Part shown: positions 39,488 through 53,790 of the stretch, piece after piece | Layout: every line of letters begins with the position of its first letter | Numbering within the stretch: the stretch's first letter is position 1 | Source: Eledone cirrhosa | Taxonomy: Eukaryota | Assembly: GCA_964016885.1 (NCBI GenBank) | Contig: OZ024743.1 | Location: forward strand, 38,006,001 to 38,070,000 | Length of the DNA: 64,000 nt | Direction of reading: 5' to 3' | Translations under genes and position numbers: made by a program | The notes under the pieces: model-generated | Told to the model about the DNA's origin: nothing | Database searches by the model: none | Seen by the model: only the letters and a program-made list of their open reading frames with translations

Positions 39488-42400
39488 ATGGCTATGCTAA
39501 GAGTAGGCTGTTTAAATGCGCGTGGCCTGGGCTCAACTTGGAAGCAAGCAATGCTTCTAAATGACCTCAGGTCACAACGTATAGATGTGATGGTTATTTG
39601 CGAGGCCCGGATCAGCAACGTGCGACAGCTGGCCCCCACCTTTGATGACTTTGAGATGCACGCATCTCTCTGTCAGCCCGGAGGTGAGGGTGGAGTTGTC
39701 GTTCTGCTGCAAAAACATCTGGGTCTCGCAACACAGATGGTACATTTGTACCCGGAGGGTCGACTAGTGGTTCTGGAACTTGGCAGTGGTAAAGGCGGAG
39801 CATTTAGGTTGGTAGCCGCCTACGGCCCTTTCGGGTCAATGCGGCCGGACTTCTTCGATCGTCTGGAGACGTTTCTAGGGACGTCCCGCTCCTTACTATT
39901 AGTGGGGGACTGGAATGGTATCCTAGATGCACGTTGGGACTACGTAGGGGCCTGTCCCGATAGAGAGGGATGTAATAGCCTCAAAGGGTTAATCGGTCGA
40001 TTTACCTGGCCGATAGATATCGACTAGATTTTCCGACTGCGCCAACCTGGACTTGGGCAAATCGTAGCGGATCATCTAGGTCGTACCTAGATAGGTTCTT
40101 AGTTAGAATTAAGGATAAGGACTTTTTAAGTTGTCCAAAAATGCGCATGGTTGGCTATTCAGACCACAAGTTAGTGACCTGCATGATCAACCTTGACAGA
40201 ACTCATAGACAGGGACCCGGTTACTGGAAGCTCAACTTGTCCTTACCAGCAAGTAAGGCTTACAGGGACCGGATTAGCACTTTAGATAAGGAGCGGTTGA
40301 CGGGCGCCATCGTCAACAGCAGGTGGTGGGGATCTCTCAAAAGAGAGATTAGAGTAGTCTCTATAGAATTTAGTAAGGAGTTAGCCTCAAATAGAAATAG
40401 GAAGGAAGGGGAGTTGGTAGATAGTGTAGAATAGGCAATTAGAAGCGGCGACGTGGCCAGAGTGCTAGCGTCGAGAACGGCCCTGGGCCAGTTCTTCGAC
40501 GCGAAACACGAAGGCTGCATCGTCCGAAGCAAAATACGTGCTCTGGGAAACGACAGTACCAAAGCTGTTAGCTGGGCCCGCGTGATAGAAGCCAAAAGAG
40601 GGAGCAGATCCACTATTCGGTCTTTGCGAGACCAGGATGGACGGGTGATCCTTGAACCTAAGCAGATGTGCGAGGCTTTTCAAAAGCACTTTGCCGGATT
40701 GTTCGGAAGGGGCGGGGGGCCGGTTGGGGATGTGGACTTCGGTCCATACCTCGACGGCCTGCCGCGTCTCTCGGGCAGGGAGGCGAAGTCCTGCGAGGAG
40801 CCGATTTCAGCCGCTGAGATAGAGGACGTGCTGAGCCAATGCGGCAAACGCAAATCCCCGGGTCTCGATGGTCTTCCATACGAACTATATCTAGCTATGC
40901 CGGACTTGTTCCCCGATCTTCTGGAGGCGGTCTACTGCAACTGGCAACAGAACGGGAGAATTCCCTGTGCTGTGACCAAGGGCGTATTCACGCTAGTGAG
41001 GAAGGACGAGAACAAGGGGGACGATATAAATAATTTCAGGCCCATAACTCTGCTAAATACAGAGTTACAGATTTTGGCCAAGGTGCTAGCAAAGAGGTTG
41101 GCGCTTGTCGTTGGCAACCTGGTGGGAGATGCGCAGACATGTACTATCCCGTCCAGGTCCATCCACGACAACCTCCACCTCATGCGATACATCATAGAGA
41201 GGGTTGGGAACGAACCCGGCTTTGGTGGGGCCCTGATCAACTTGGATCAATCTAAGGCATTCGATAGGGTCGACCATGGTTACCTGGATGCGGTGTTAGC
41301 GGCGGCAGGCTTCGGACCCGTTTTCAGGGGCTGGATCAATGCCATGCACAGCAGCCGCATCTGCTCTAGGGTCAAGGTGAACGGCTACCTCTCGGAGCCG
41401 TTCGAAATCGCGCGGTCCACCCGACAGGGGTGCCCTCTCTCCTCCCTTCTGTATGTAATGACTCTAGAGCCACTGTTGCGGAAGTTGGAGTTGTTGCAGG
41501 GCATCCCGTTGGAACCGGGATTGCGGAAAGCGGTGTCAGCCTACGCCGATGACGTAACAGTAATGGTGTCGACGGCCTCGGAAATCGGGGCGATCGGTCT
41601 GCAACTCGACACGTGGAGGGGCAGATCGATGCCCTCCGATGGCTTCGTCGGGCGCTGGACGGAGGGCCCGGTGAAGTTGCTCGGGGTCTGGTTCGGACCA
41701 GACCTCCAGGTGGAGAAGAACTGGGGTGAGGTAACGAACAGGGTGTTTGCACTGACCCAGAAGTGGGCCGAGAGCAAACTGTCCCTGAAAGGTCGGGCGG
41801 AGGTGGCGAACACTTATATAGCGTCCGTCATCTACTACCGCCTGACCGTTGTGCCTTGCCCAAGTGAAACGCTCGCCAAAATGGAGCGCGCACTCTTCCA
41901 ATTCCTTTGGAAGAAGCGGGCTCCTATGGTGAGGATATCCATCTGCTGTCAACACCCTTCGAAAGGAGGGCTGGGGATGCCGTGGCTAATGATACGTAAA
42001 CACGCATTAAGGTTACGGCACCTTCAGGTATTCCTCACCGGTCAACCGGTGTGGGCCCCGTTTGTGAGGTGAGCCTTTCCCAGACTCGTCTCACTCACCG
42101 AGCTGCAATCCTGGGTCAAGCAAAGACCGAGAAAACTGGGCGCCTGGCACACCGAGTGTGCCCAGGCGCTCACGGCTCTCTGGCAGGCGGACCCGGCTGT
42201 CAGTGGAGAATCCACCTCGTCATTCTATAGAGGGCTGGTGGTTAGCAGGTGCGACGATGCCCTCGGAGAGGCCCTAGGCATGGAGGAAGACGAACTGGCC
42301 AACCTGTTCGGTAGGACATTTAGCCCGGGACCCATGGATAACTTCCAGAGGTCCCTGGCCTGGCAATGCTACAGAAGGGCTCTGCCCGTTCGAGAAAGGC

Positions 42401-42861
42401 TCTACAGACACGGGCGCCCGGGTAGGGACCCATCGAAAAAGATCTGTCCCAGATGCGTGTGCGACGAGGAAACCGTTGCACACGCATTGGTACACTGCTC
42501 GGGCATTGCCGATCTGTGGGGCTATGTCGAACAATTGCTGTCAAGGGTGGGACCGATCCGGTTGACCACCGAGTCTATTGTAACGATAAAGCCGCCTCCC
42601 CTCTTCAAAAATGAAGGAGAGGCGGTGTTTCTGTGCGTAATAGCCATGGCGAAAGAGGTTGTATGGTGGATGCGTCTGAAAGGACTGAGGTCAGACACCT
42701 TTCTCTCTGGCCAACAACTGGTCCGTTTCTTCCGATATCATTTCGGAAGAAGGATCAGGATGGAGAGAGAGGTGCTGCACCCCAGCCGTTTTTATGAAAG
42801 ATGGGTGAAAGTGGCGAGAATGGCCCGTGTGAATGGGCCTTCACTCTACATCAGACTATAG
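39488..42861 (+). pseudogene. Tx1 ORF2: APE endonuclease + reverse transcriptase + zf-RVT
   Basis: LNARGL, ICE, GDWN, SYLDR, YSDH, GYWKLN; KSPGLDG, FRPITLLN, LDQSKAFDRV, RQGCPLS, YADD; CPRC...E...H..VHC. One frameshift (~40000), stops at 40432 and 42070, apparent in-frame deletion after YADD. Confidence 0.93.
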
Positions 42862-43283
42862 GTGAGGAAGATGAAAGACCAAGGGAGCACCCCTTCTCTG
42901 TGCTCCTGAGGAGAAGGGTTGCACACTTTTTTTCGGGGGTGTGTGCGCCTCCTCTCTATTGAGGACTTTGTTATAAATTTTATTTTTTGTTATATTTTAT
43001 TTTATTTTTATATATTGTTATTGCCTCCTCCTTATTGAAGACGCCTTGTTTTGTAAACTCCCCCCATTGTACTTGTCCCACTTTTGATGCCCTGGTGGCA
43101 AATAAAAGAAACATATCTATCTATATATCGCAAACTGGTAAAAATAGGAAAGATCAGTTGAAAATGCAATTAGAGACTACAAGAAGATTCAATAATAATA
43201 AATTTACTGGTTTATCCAGTAAAATTATTATTAATTAATCTTAAAGATACCATCTTTTCCCTATATATATGTATACATGCACG

Positions 43284-43410
43284 CGTGAAGGCGTATGGCT
43301 TAATGGTTAGCGAATTGGGCTTGCAAGGGGGAAGTTGTATTCTTGAGCAAGCCACTTTATTTCACGTTGCTCCAGTTCACTCAGCTGTAGAAATGAGTTG
43401 AGATGTCACA
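43284..43410 (+). mobile_element. SINE family A copy
   Basis: A-box-like TGGCTTAATGG; cttgagcaagccactttatttcacgttgctccag core. Confidence 0.65.
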
Positions 43411-43859
43411 AATGGCATTGCATTCCCTGATATCGCTGGCGTGGAGAAGGGAGTCAGTTATGCATGGGTGACGCCTGCTCTTCTACATACACTTTCTGGG
43501 TAAAATCCCATGGTCATTCGTGACCGATAGAGGGGGGGTTCGTCTTCATAGAGCACGCATTGAGATATTTATGCATGTAGCGTGCATACATGTGCGTGAG
43601 GTTGTATTTATGTGCTTTTCTGTATAAATATAAATATTAATATATATATATAGAGAGATAGATATATATTTATACACACACACACACACATATATATATA
43701 TAGTCTATGGCATAAATACTGTTACAAGATCTCAAGTGAATTTAATTCATAATATTAATTACATTATTATTGATCTTATTGCTCAGATATTAACCTAATA
43801 TTATCTAGTAACAGTTTTTCAGATTTATATATATATATATACAACATTTATAATTGAAC

Positions 43860-44898
43860 AGCATGAAAAAGAGAAGCATGTAGTTAACAGAATGCTCATC
43901 ACAAGGACCATCGATCGATTAAAAAAAGCTCCTCAACAAAAGACAAGCGAAGATCAGGACCTCCTCGCAGGACACTAAATCTTATCAGAACGGGCGTTAG
44001 AAAATCAGATTAAATCCAATGTGTCAATGAGAAAAATGGCGAAAGAGGCTGAGATTTAGGAGAGATTCATGAGAAGGCTATTTACTGATGATCTAACGAT
44101 GTCCCTCTACAAGATAAAGAGACAACTTCACTCATTAGCCACTACTGAATTGCAACATAAAATAAGTGAACAGGTGTTCAAACCGTTTAAAGATGGCAGG
44201 CTGAAGGACATAACTTTCACTGACGAGAATCTGTTCACAGTTCAACAGACATTCAATCGTCAACATGATCGTGTTCTTCCAAAAAACCATTATTCAATCC
44301 CTTTTGCTTATGGCAAATACTTCCGTTCTCCGAAACCGGCAACGATTATGGTTTGGGCTGCCGTTTTTGAAAGAGGAAGTCCCCCTTTTGTGTCCTTGAA
44401 TTGTCAAAATTCAACAAAGAACATTACATTATAGACAGCCTGTAGGGTGCACTGCTGCCGTGGTGCAGTACCAAAAATGGTGATGAAGGATGAAGTCTGT
44501 AAAATTAGTCACACTGATCTAGTGACACAACAGTAGCGTTGAGATGAGTGTCCTGCATTCACCACCAAGGCGGGATGGCCACGCTCATCACTAGATGTCA
44601 ACCCTCATGACTATTCCTTGTGGTCACCTATTGACAAGGAAGACTGCTCTACTCCGCACCAGCATATTGGAAAGCAAAATTGGTGAAGGTATGGGACAGT
44701 ATTACAATGGAAACCGGGCAGAGAGCCACCCAGGCTCCTCTTAAGAGATTCGACGGTTTTGTGAGAGCAAGGGTGAAACATATCGAATAAGATTATAGGC
44801 TATTAATAAACATATCATTATTTACCTAGTGCCACAATTGTAGCTAATTGTAATTAATATTTAAAGAGTTATACACATTTTATTTATGTTGCACCCTG
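43860..44898 (+). mobile_element. Tc1/mariner DD37D (maT-like) transposon remnant
   Basis: ITFTDENLFTV, FNRQHDRV, IMVWAAV, WPRSSLDVNPHDYSLW (SPDLNPLDY-like); terminus ...ttatgttgcaccctg. Confidence 0.75.
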
Positions 44899-45299
44899 CA
44901 TATATATATTTATACACACGTATTATTTACTACAAGCCTAGAAAAATGTGTTGATCAAAATATACATAACGTTCCCGAGAGAATCCTATTATATAAAACA
45001 TAATCAACCTAAGAATATGAGCAAAACATAAGAATATAACAATATATAATTTGCTTCCTTATGTAAAATATATATTTTCATCTCACTACACAGGCCAAAA
45101 AGATCTCTAAACAACACATGATGTAACGTGTGGAAATATGGATATATATATATATACAAATTATTTCCTTGGTAAGCCTCCCCGGTAACGTCTAGGCTAA
45201 GTGTCTGGCAAAGAGAGATGCGGAGGGACTGTCGGGTCCAAGCTAGCTAATGAACAGTCAGATTTCGCCCCCAAATATTCACCCTGGGAGTTTGCCAAG

Positions 45300-45720
45300 A
45301 TTCTTGTTTTGTAGGCCTCGTAAAGGCATATGACCGCATACCTCAAGATATGCCGTGGAAGCTTCAGCAGGTAAGTGTGTTCGATGGTTACCTTCTTGCT
45401 ACCCTGGTGTCCCGATACGAGTGCCCGAGTAATTGTGTTCGAATAAACGTTGACAAATCGAGACCTTTGAATGTGGAAGTCGGCCTCCGCCAGCGGTACG
45501 TACTGTCATGTCTCTTGTTAATTATTTTCATGAACAGAATTGACATATGCAGCTAGGTTGAACGTGGTATCGCCACTGGTGATAGTTGCCTGGAATATGC
45601 AAACGACATGGTGTTACTTAACTCGACAAAAGGTGATCTCCGACTAGCACTTGATAGGTTTGATGCCAAATGCTGCAAGACTGGAACTAACATCAGTGAT
45701 GACAACGAGGGTAGCAGCTG
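45300..45720 (+). pseudogene. RTE-type RT fragment (duplicated at ~47165-47590, minus)
   Basis: FVGLVKAYDRIP, GLRQRYVLSCLLLIIFM, LEYANDMV. Confidence 0.75.
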
Positions 45721-45913
45721 ATGCATTTCGATATCCGTTGAACTTTTCTTATTAGAAGAAGAAGAAGAAGAAGAAGAAGAAGAAGAAGAAGAAGAAGAAG
45801 AAGAAGAAGAAGAAGAAGAAGAAGAAGAAGAAATTAACCTATAGGACATTTGTATTTGAATTTCTTATTTTGGTAAGGTTTTTTTTTTAAATGCTGAAGG
45901 TTACCATACGCAC

Positions 45914-46984
45914 TTATATAAGAAATGGAGTTGGTACGCAGTATGTGTATTACTCATTTTCTGATTGAAATAATCCCAATCATTTACAATTACCGTCTGC
46001 TATCTTACAGAAATGTACATGATTCCATCCATATAGAACTATTCTGGCTTCGATACAAGGAATTACTTCAGCCATTGGGGAAGATCTTTGCCTGCGTTGC
46101 ATTGCTCATTGAGAGGAAAATGTGATAGTCTTTAAGCGTGAGGTCAGGTGAACACGGCGTATCGGGCAGAACCTCCGAACCTAGGTTCAGCACGTTTCAC
46201 GGGTTATCCCTGATTTATGCAACCGAGCGTTATCATGAAGGAAGCAAGCAGAAGCGTAGTGTGTGTGTGTTTAATGTGGGATTTCTGCCACTAATCTGTC
46301 AATGTGTCGCCAGCAGACACCAGAGATTCTCCTTGTGTTCCGCGGAAGTAGCATCTTGTAGATGAAACCTTTCCAGACCCACTAGACGCTCAGTAGTGAC
46401 TTGTGATGGAGAAGACCAACCTTTGCATGCCGCTGTCGTGCTTTCTCTTTATTAAACTACAATCGTTTGCACTTGGCATTAATGTAGAATCACTATTTTA
46501 CATCACCAGTGAGAATGGAACGTAACCACTTGGTTATGAGATGGCATGTGAGTATTAACACTCAGCCAGACTGTAGTGCATCCACTGTTCCAGATTGGTC
46601 ATATTCTCTATTGCATGCAAGTGCTTGAGGATGATTGCTTTCGAAAGCTCAAGCACTTTCGTGAGTTGACAAGATGTCTGGCAGTGTCGGATTCCGTCAA
46701 TCACGCAGATGCTCGTCATTGAAGGGGGATAAATGTCCTACGTGAAGTCGATCTTCAAGGCTGTAATCACCAGTACGGGAGCATGAAAACCAGTACCTGG
46801 CACTCGTATCGTGTATAGTGTATGCCACAAATGAATTGTTAATGATACGCTTACACCAGATGTGTAGTCAGAAGTAAATAGCAACGAATAAACGAATCTG
46901 ATTTACCTATGCAGCTTCCTTTTTTACAGTGAAACAGAAAATGACTAATACACATACTGCGTATCAACTTCATTTCTTATATAA
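45914..46984 (-). mobile_element. mariner (DD34D) transposon remnant forming the spacer of the inverted duplication
   Basis: Minus-strand motifs TGD (46501-46510), LHDNA (46226-46241), P.SPDL (46140-46158), FY.DGI...R*..VI.ND.DYF (45965-46040); ~50-bp TIR-like ends. Confidence 0.8.
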
Positions 46985-48135
46985 GTGTATGCGTAACCTT
47001 CAGCATTTAAAAGAAAAACCTTACCAAAATAAGAAATTCAAATACAAATGTCCTGTAGGTTAATTTCTTCTTCTTCTTCTTCTTCTTCTTCTTCTTCTTC
47101 TTCTTCTTCTTCTTCTTCTTCTTCTTCTTCTTCTTCTAATAAGAAAAGTTCAACGGATATCGAAATGCATCAGCTGCTACCCTCGTTGTCATCACTGATG
47201 TTAGTTCCAGTCTTGCAGCATTTGGCATCAAACCTATCAAGTGCTAGTCGGAGATCACCTTTTGTCGAGTTAAGTAACACCATGTCGTTTGCATATTCCA
47301 GGCAACTATCACCAGTGGCGATACCACGTTCAACCTAGCTGCACATGTCAATTCTGTTCATGAAAATAATTAACAAGAGACATGACAGTACGTACCGCTG
47401 GCGGAGGCCGACTTCCACATTCAAAGGTTTCGATTTGTCAACGTTTATTCGAACACAATTACTCGGGCACTCGTATCGGGACACCAGGGTAGCAAGAAGG
47501 TAACCATCGAACACACTTACCTGCTGAAGCTTCCACGGCATATCTTGAGGTATGCGGTCATATGCCTTTACGAGGCCTACAAAACAAGAATCTTGGCAAA
47601 CTCCCAGGGTGAATATTTGGGGGCGAAATCTGAACTGTTCATTAGCTTGATGGACCCCACAGTACCTCTGCATCTCTCTTTGCCAGACACTTAGCCTAGA
47701 CGTTACCGGGGAGGCTTACCAAGGAAATAATTTGTATATATATATATATCCATATTTCCACACGTTACATCATGTGTTGTTTAGAGATCTTTTTGGCCTG
47801 TGTAGTGAGATGAAAATATATATTTTACATAAGGAAGCAAATTATATATTGTTATATTCTTATGTTTTGCTCATATTCTTAGGTTGATTATGTTTTATAT
47901 AATAGGATTCTCTCGGGAGCGTTATGTATGGTTTGATCGACACATTTTTCTAGTCTTGTAGTAAATAATACGTCATACACAAGATATAATGTGAAATAGA
48001 TTGTCGTATGAAGAGAATGTTTTCTATATAAATTTAAGACGAATACAAATCTCCTCTATTTTCTCTCCTGGCAGTCATAATAGTCGGTAGATTATTTTAT
48101 ACAGAGGAGCAAAACCTAATACACGAGAGCTTATA

Positions 48136-48228
<93 letters not shown>

Positions 48229-49508
48229 CGTGCGCGTGCGTGTGTCTATGTGTGTTTGTATAAATATATATATATACAGGGTGCAACATAAATAAAATGT
48301 GTATAACACTTTAAATATTTATTGTAATTAGCTACAATTGTGGCACTAGGTAAATAATGATATGTTTATTAATAGCCTAACATCTTATTCGATATGCTTC
48401 ACCCTTGCTCTCACACAACCGTCAAATCTCTTAAGAGTAGCCTGGATGGCTCCTCGCCCGGTTTCCATTGTAATACTGTCCCATACCTTCACCAATTTTG
48501 CTTTCCAATATGCTGGTGCGGAGTAGAGCAGTCTTCATTGTCAATATGTGACCACAAGGAATAGTCATGAGGGTTGACATCTAGTGATGAGCGTGGCCAT
48601 CCCGACTTGGTGGTGAATGCAGGACACTCATCTCAACGCTACTGTTGTGTCACTAGATCAGTGTGACTAATTTTACAGACTCCATCCTTCATAACCATAA
48701 GTGGTACTGCACCACGGCATCATTGTACCCTACAGGCTGTCTATAATGTAATGTTCTTTGTTGATTTTTGACAATTCAAGGACAAACAAGGGGTTGAGAA
48801 ACACACATTGATTCGAACACCATAAACATCCAACACCCACCATAGATTCTAATAGATTAACACAATTGTTTTAACTGCAGTATTTATTCATCTATATATG
48901 CATAATTGCTTTGCTTGTTTCCTTCTCATGTATATGACCTACGCAGTCACAATATCCACACGCCTGCATATGAATTGTTATCGCACTCTTCCTTTCTCAA
49001 ACTGCTTCCTCTCTATGCCTCTTTAATATTTGGACTGTTCCCTTGTTTTAACTGTTGCATGTATTCCACTCCGTGCTTTTGATTTTGATTTTGATTTTGA
49101 TTTAATTTTGATTTTAATTTTAATTTGAACTTGAAAGCTTGTACAATTATTGTACAATTCTCGGAAAATATATGTCGCATCCATTCCACACTGTAAATAC
49201 GAAACTGTTGCTCACAACATCAATTTATATGTATCTATATTATTGTTCAGTTGAATAGGAGGTGAATTATATGTGCAAACATTGATAATGCTCCGATTAC
49301 GCCAAACGAGAGTTTGGAAGAAACGATTGTCAGCTATTAAATGATTTGAACACAAATTTGATAATTGTATAATTTATTGATTTAACTGCTCTGTAAAACA
49401 GCTGATGTTCATACATTGAGCTATTTCCCTTACTGGTAATAAGGTTATTAAGAAATGACTGACCGCCCTGTTTGTGGTTCTTTATACTATATACAAATAG
49501 TATTATTA

Positions 49509-49581
<73 letters not shown>

Positions 49582-49894
49582 TGAACCCAAATCATGTATA
49601 TACATTTCATTACTTGTGACACCCTGAATATATTGAGCGTAAACCTTTACAAATTTTCTCCTTTTCTCTATTTCTCTTTCTTATTATCCCGTACTTCTAT
49701 CACTTACGATATTACTAAGAACGCCTCTCTTCCTACATCTCATAGAGGCCGTGGTATTGTGGTGAGGAGACGACAGTGAGATGTGATGTTCAATATAAAA
49801 CAATTTTGTCAGAAAAATACAGTGAGAAATGAAAGAAGTCTAAATTAGGAAAAGAGTTTGACATCACAAATACTAGACGAGGGAATAGATAACA

Positions 49895-49909
49895 CAGAGA
49901 GAGAAAGAG

Positions 49910-49961
<52 letters not shown>

Positions 49962-50225
49962 GAGGGGGATAGAGATACAAGTACAGAGAGAGATGTAGGG
50001 ATAGAGAGAAAGAGAGGTGGGGAGAGAGATACAAGTACAGAGAGAGAGATGTAGGGATAGAGATAAATAGAGGTGGAGAGAGAGATACAAGTACAGAGAG
50101 AGATGTAGGTAGAGAGAGAGAGAGAGAGCGAGAGCGAGAGGTTGGAATAGAGATACAAGTACAGAGAGACATTTAGGGATAGAGAGAGAGAGAGAGAGAG
50201 ACAGAGAGAGAGAGAAACAGGGACA
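49895..50225. repeat. Purine-rich (GATA)n/(GA)n tract with a ~55-bp minisatellite
   Basis: agagatacaagtacagagag occurs 4 times. Confidence 0.8.
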
Positions 50226-51559
50226 GCGATATGTAGTGATAAAGAGCGAGAAATGTAAGTAAAGAGAGATAGAGTGTATTTAGAAGAAAAGTATTTAAGA
50301 AAACAGGCGTTAATACAATATTGGTTTCTAATATACTACTGGGGAAAATAAAGTGCAAGTGCTGATATTTTCATAGACATGTGAATCATTAATGTAGTTC
50401 TCAGGCTTATACCACGAGAAGCAGTCTGTATCGATGATGGCCCATTTGAAGTACCAGTAAACTCATTTCCCAGATGCGTAGAGTGTAGCAGCGTCAAATA
50501 AACATTTTACTCAAGAACAAAACGCGGCACATTGAGCCGAACACACGAACTTATTATCGTAAGCTAGACAGCAGGAATCTATAGACAAGGCGTTTTCATA
50601 AATTTTACTGTATCTGTATTTTAATTACTAAACTAATTTTCATAGTTGGATATATTGGACGATATTCGATACGCAATCACCAGACCTTGAGCTAGATCCC
50701 TCTGTAAATCATGTTGGATATGCCTCTTTATCATAACCTCGAGCCGACGAAAGACTCGTGAGTGAAATTGAGTAGAAAGTAACTGTATATATGTCTGGCA
50801 GATGAGTGTGTTAATTTACTCAAATGTCCAGCCGAGTTACGTACTGTGAGGCGCTGATTCGGTTTGGTAAATTACGTTAATACTCATCTACTTACACGCC
50901 GTTGGATGTGTTGGATGTTCAGTTGAAAACAACGTAGTGTACATCTTCACACGTTTTCAATATCTGGTGTAATTGTAACGTATACGGAAATCACAATCAG
51001 GAAAACTGACAACATACACAGATTTATAATATGTCATCATGAAATAATTAACTTTATTTAACCCTTTACTCAAGTATACATAATTTCGATTTGGCGTTTA
51101 TATATATGTAATTGCTTTATTATAGTGTTTCCACTGGAAATAATTGTACAAGGGTGTTTATCAGCTATAATACCATATTTACTAATTTTCAGAACAACGT
51201 TATGCTTTCGTGTTCACATAATCTATGAAGGAAGCAATTTTCGTTGAAATTAGTAATAATAATTCTCTATAATTTAGATTTATATTAGATATGGATTTCT
51301 TAGAAGTCAGAAATATTTTGAGTTCTGATATTAGCTAAGTTCAAATACAGTTTAAATGATTCGGTGTTAGTGAGTGCAAAACATTTTATGATTCCGAAAT
51401 TAGCATGAGATAATATCATCATTACCAATCTTTCTGGGAAGGGAAGTGTCAATATGATTAGCAACATCCCCGAACGTTGTGTTAGATGTAAAATAGTTGA
51501 AGAATTAACGTAAAGTGCTGTATATTGTGAGAAGCATTAAATACATATTGGGTAATTAA

Positions 51560-51710
51560 GGCAGCAATGTGGCACTCGTTAGTACGTCGGATAAGATCTA
51601 TTACAATATTTGTTCCGGCTCTCCGTGCTTTGAGTTCGAATCTAGTTGAGGTGAGCTTTGCCTTTTATATTTTCAAGATCGAGAAATAATGTACCCACTC
51701 AGTACTGTGA
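51560..51710 (+). mobile_element. SINE family B copy (others at 52225-52372 minus, 55880-55945 minus, 60210-60280 plus)
   Basis: GAGTTCGAATC B box and gctttgcctttt..tcga.aaataatgtacc core. Confidence 0.6.
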
Positions 51711-51724
51711 CTGGTTTATCCTTA

Positions 51725-51755
<31 letters not shown>

Positions 51756-53537
51756 ACTATGTATCTGGATGTGTTCATCTACGTTCTGATCTGGAAAGGA
51801 ACTGCCCAATGTAACGAATTTGTCTAGGATTCCTGTAAGAATCATACATTTTCGTGGACTGAAAGAAACCATGAATTTCGAATGACAGGAAAATTGTATT
51901 TATTATAATTGAAACTTCAAATATGTCATATGGTATTGGGGGCTTACTCAATATGAGAGAGATTAGAATAACCGTGTTCTGCAGAATTGCTACAAGTAGT
52001 CAACTGTTACTATATTTAATCATAAATGATAATTAAATACACATATATAAATCAATTAGTTTAAATAATATGCATGGTAATTGAATGTATAACATATCAA
52101 AAGGCTCTATTTTCCAACGACGAAACTTCTACTGTTCCTATTCTCATTTAGTTTAATTACAAAGCCCATCATATACGGAATCAGTTACAAAACATATACC
52201 TGGTTGCTTAACTTGCTAATAATTGTTTCTACTTTTAGCACAATGCCAGCAATTACTGCTACTTTATTTTATCGACCGCGTAATGATGAAAGGCGGGATT
52301 TGAACTCAGAATAGCAAGGGCCGTAAATCTATGCATCAATGCATGGCGTCCGACCCTCTACGGATACTGCCCATCCACCACTCCTACCGATGCTGCCAAT
52401 CCACGCCCATAGTACCAATCCACGGCCCCTGAACTCGCTAATAATACCAAGCAAATCGTCCTCAAATCAAACTCCATTAATTTAACTACTCTCGCTTTAA
52501 GAAACGCAAGGCGAACAAACAACTGCGACTGGGAAGGTGGTGATACTCCTCTTAGAGACACACAGACACACATGCACCACCACGCTAACAGAATCATACA
52601 CACAAACACAAACATGCACACATTCACTCTAGGCCACATCCAGAGAAAGGAGATTTGATTGATTACAATGAAGCTATAAACACACTGTCACATATGTCTC
52701 AAACTTATACTCAGTCGTCTCTCTGCCCATTTATAACGATACTTTGTGGCATCTGCTCCTCTGGAATAATTGCACTTGTTTGACACAACCCATGTACATG
52801 TTACTTCGCCACTTATCACATGTAGTTTCCCATCCCACAGACCTTAATGTCAAACTGCCATACTCGGATTTACAATGGTAAAACGCATACACTCTTGAAA
52901 ATTATCCGTGCGAATAGTTTTTCGTTTAGCCATCGATATGCTGTGTATGAAACACATCGGTCTAATCGGTCTGAAAGAGCCTGCAAAAATCAGGAGAATA
53001 TCCTCATCGTTCGAATCAAGAAAATACAGAAAATTCAACGTCAGCTATAGATGTAATGCAGCTATACTATAAGAATTTCATCACATCTGTATATGTGATA
53101 GGACGTAAGACTGGTTGTGTGGGTAAGTTTGCTTTTCAATCGTAATGGCCAGCTTTCGATCCCACTGAGTGTTGTATTTAGTAAATATCATTGTCATAGT
53201 CACTGTTATATCAAAGCATTTCAAGTTAAATTCGACAAATAGAATCTGTGTGGAAGCCCACCAGATGAATTACATCTGTACTTTTAAGTGTATTATAAAT
53301 ACTACCATAAAAACCACCCTTCAGGTGGTTTTCTGCTAGCATGGGTAGTCTGTATATTGATATTATACGCATCTATATACACATGTAGAAATCATACATT
53401 AAATAAAATCGTAATTGACAATATACACAGAAATTGAACGAAGACTGTGTTACACTGTCTTATGTAATCAGTAACGTAATCCATGAGACATTAAAAAAGA
53501 CGATATTATATATAAACTTCATTAGGAGAAAATTAAT

Positions 53538-53790
53538 TGTTTCTACTTTAGGCACAAGGCAGCAATCACCCAGTACATTACTGGTACTGAAAATTAATTG
53601 TTTCTACGTTAGGCACAAGGCCAGCAATTACCCAGTGTATTACTGGTACTTTATTTTATCGACCCCGTAAGGATGAAAGGCAAATTAACTTCGGCGGGAT
53701 TTGAACTCAGAATGGAAAGGGCCGTAACTCTATGCGTCAAAGCATGGCGTCCGACCCTCTACCCATACTGCCAATCCACCGCCTGGTAAT
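53538..53790 (-). mobile_element. SINE family B with 10-bp TSD and duplicated 3' tail
   Basis: TSD GAAAATTAAT at 53528-53537 and 53791-53800; core tttattttatcgaccccgtaaggatgaaaggc. Confidence 0.8.

Larger units (their letters stand above)
37696..43110 (+). mobile_element. Tx1-clade (L1 group) non-LTR retrotransposon, near full length
   Basis: ORF1 with CCHC knuckle, ORF2 APE-RT-zinc finger, T-rich 3' UTR and AATAAA at ~43100. Confidence 0.92.
44381..48793. repeat. Large inverted duplication (arms 44381-45963 / 46935-48793)
   Basis: Arms are reverse complements carrying the DD37D 3' end, an RTE RT fragment and (GAA)n; the right arm has an extra ~280-bp insert (47974-48250). Confidence 0.93.
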
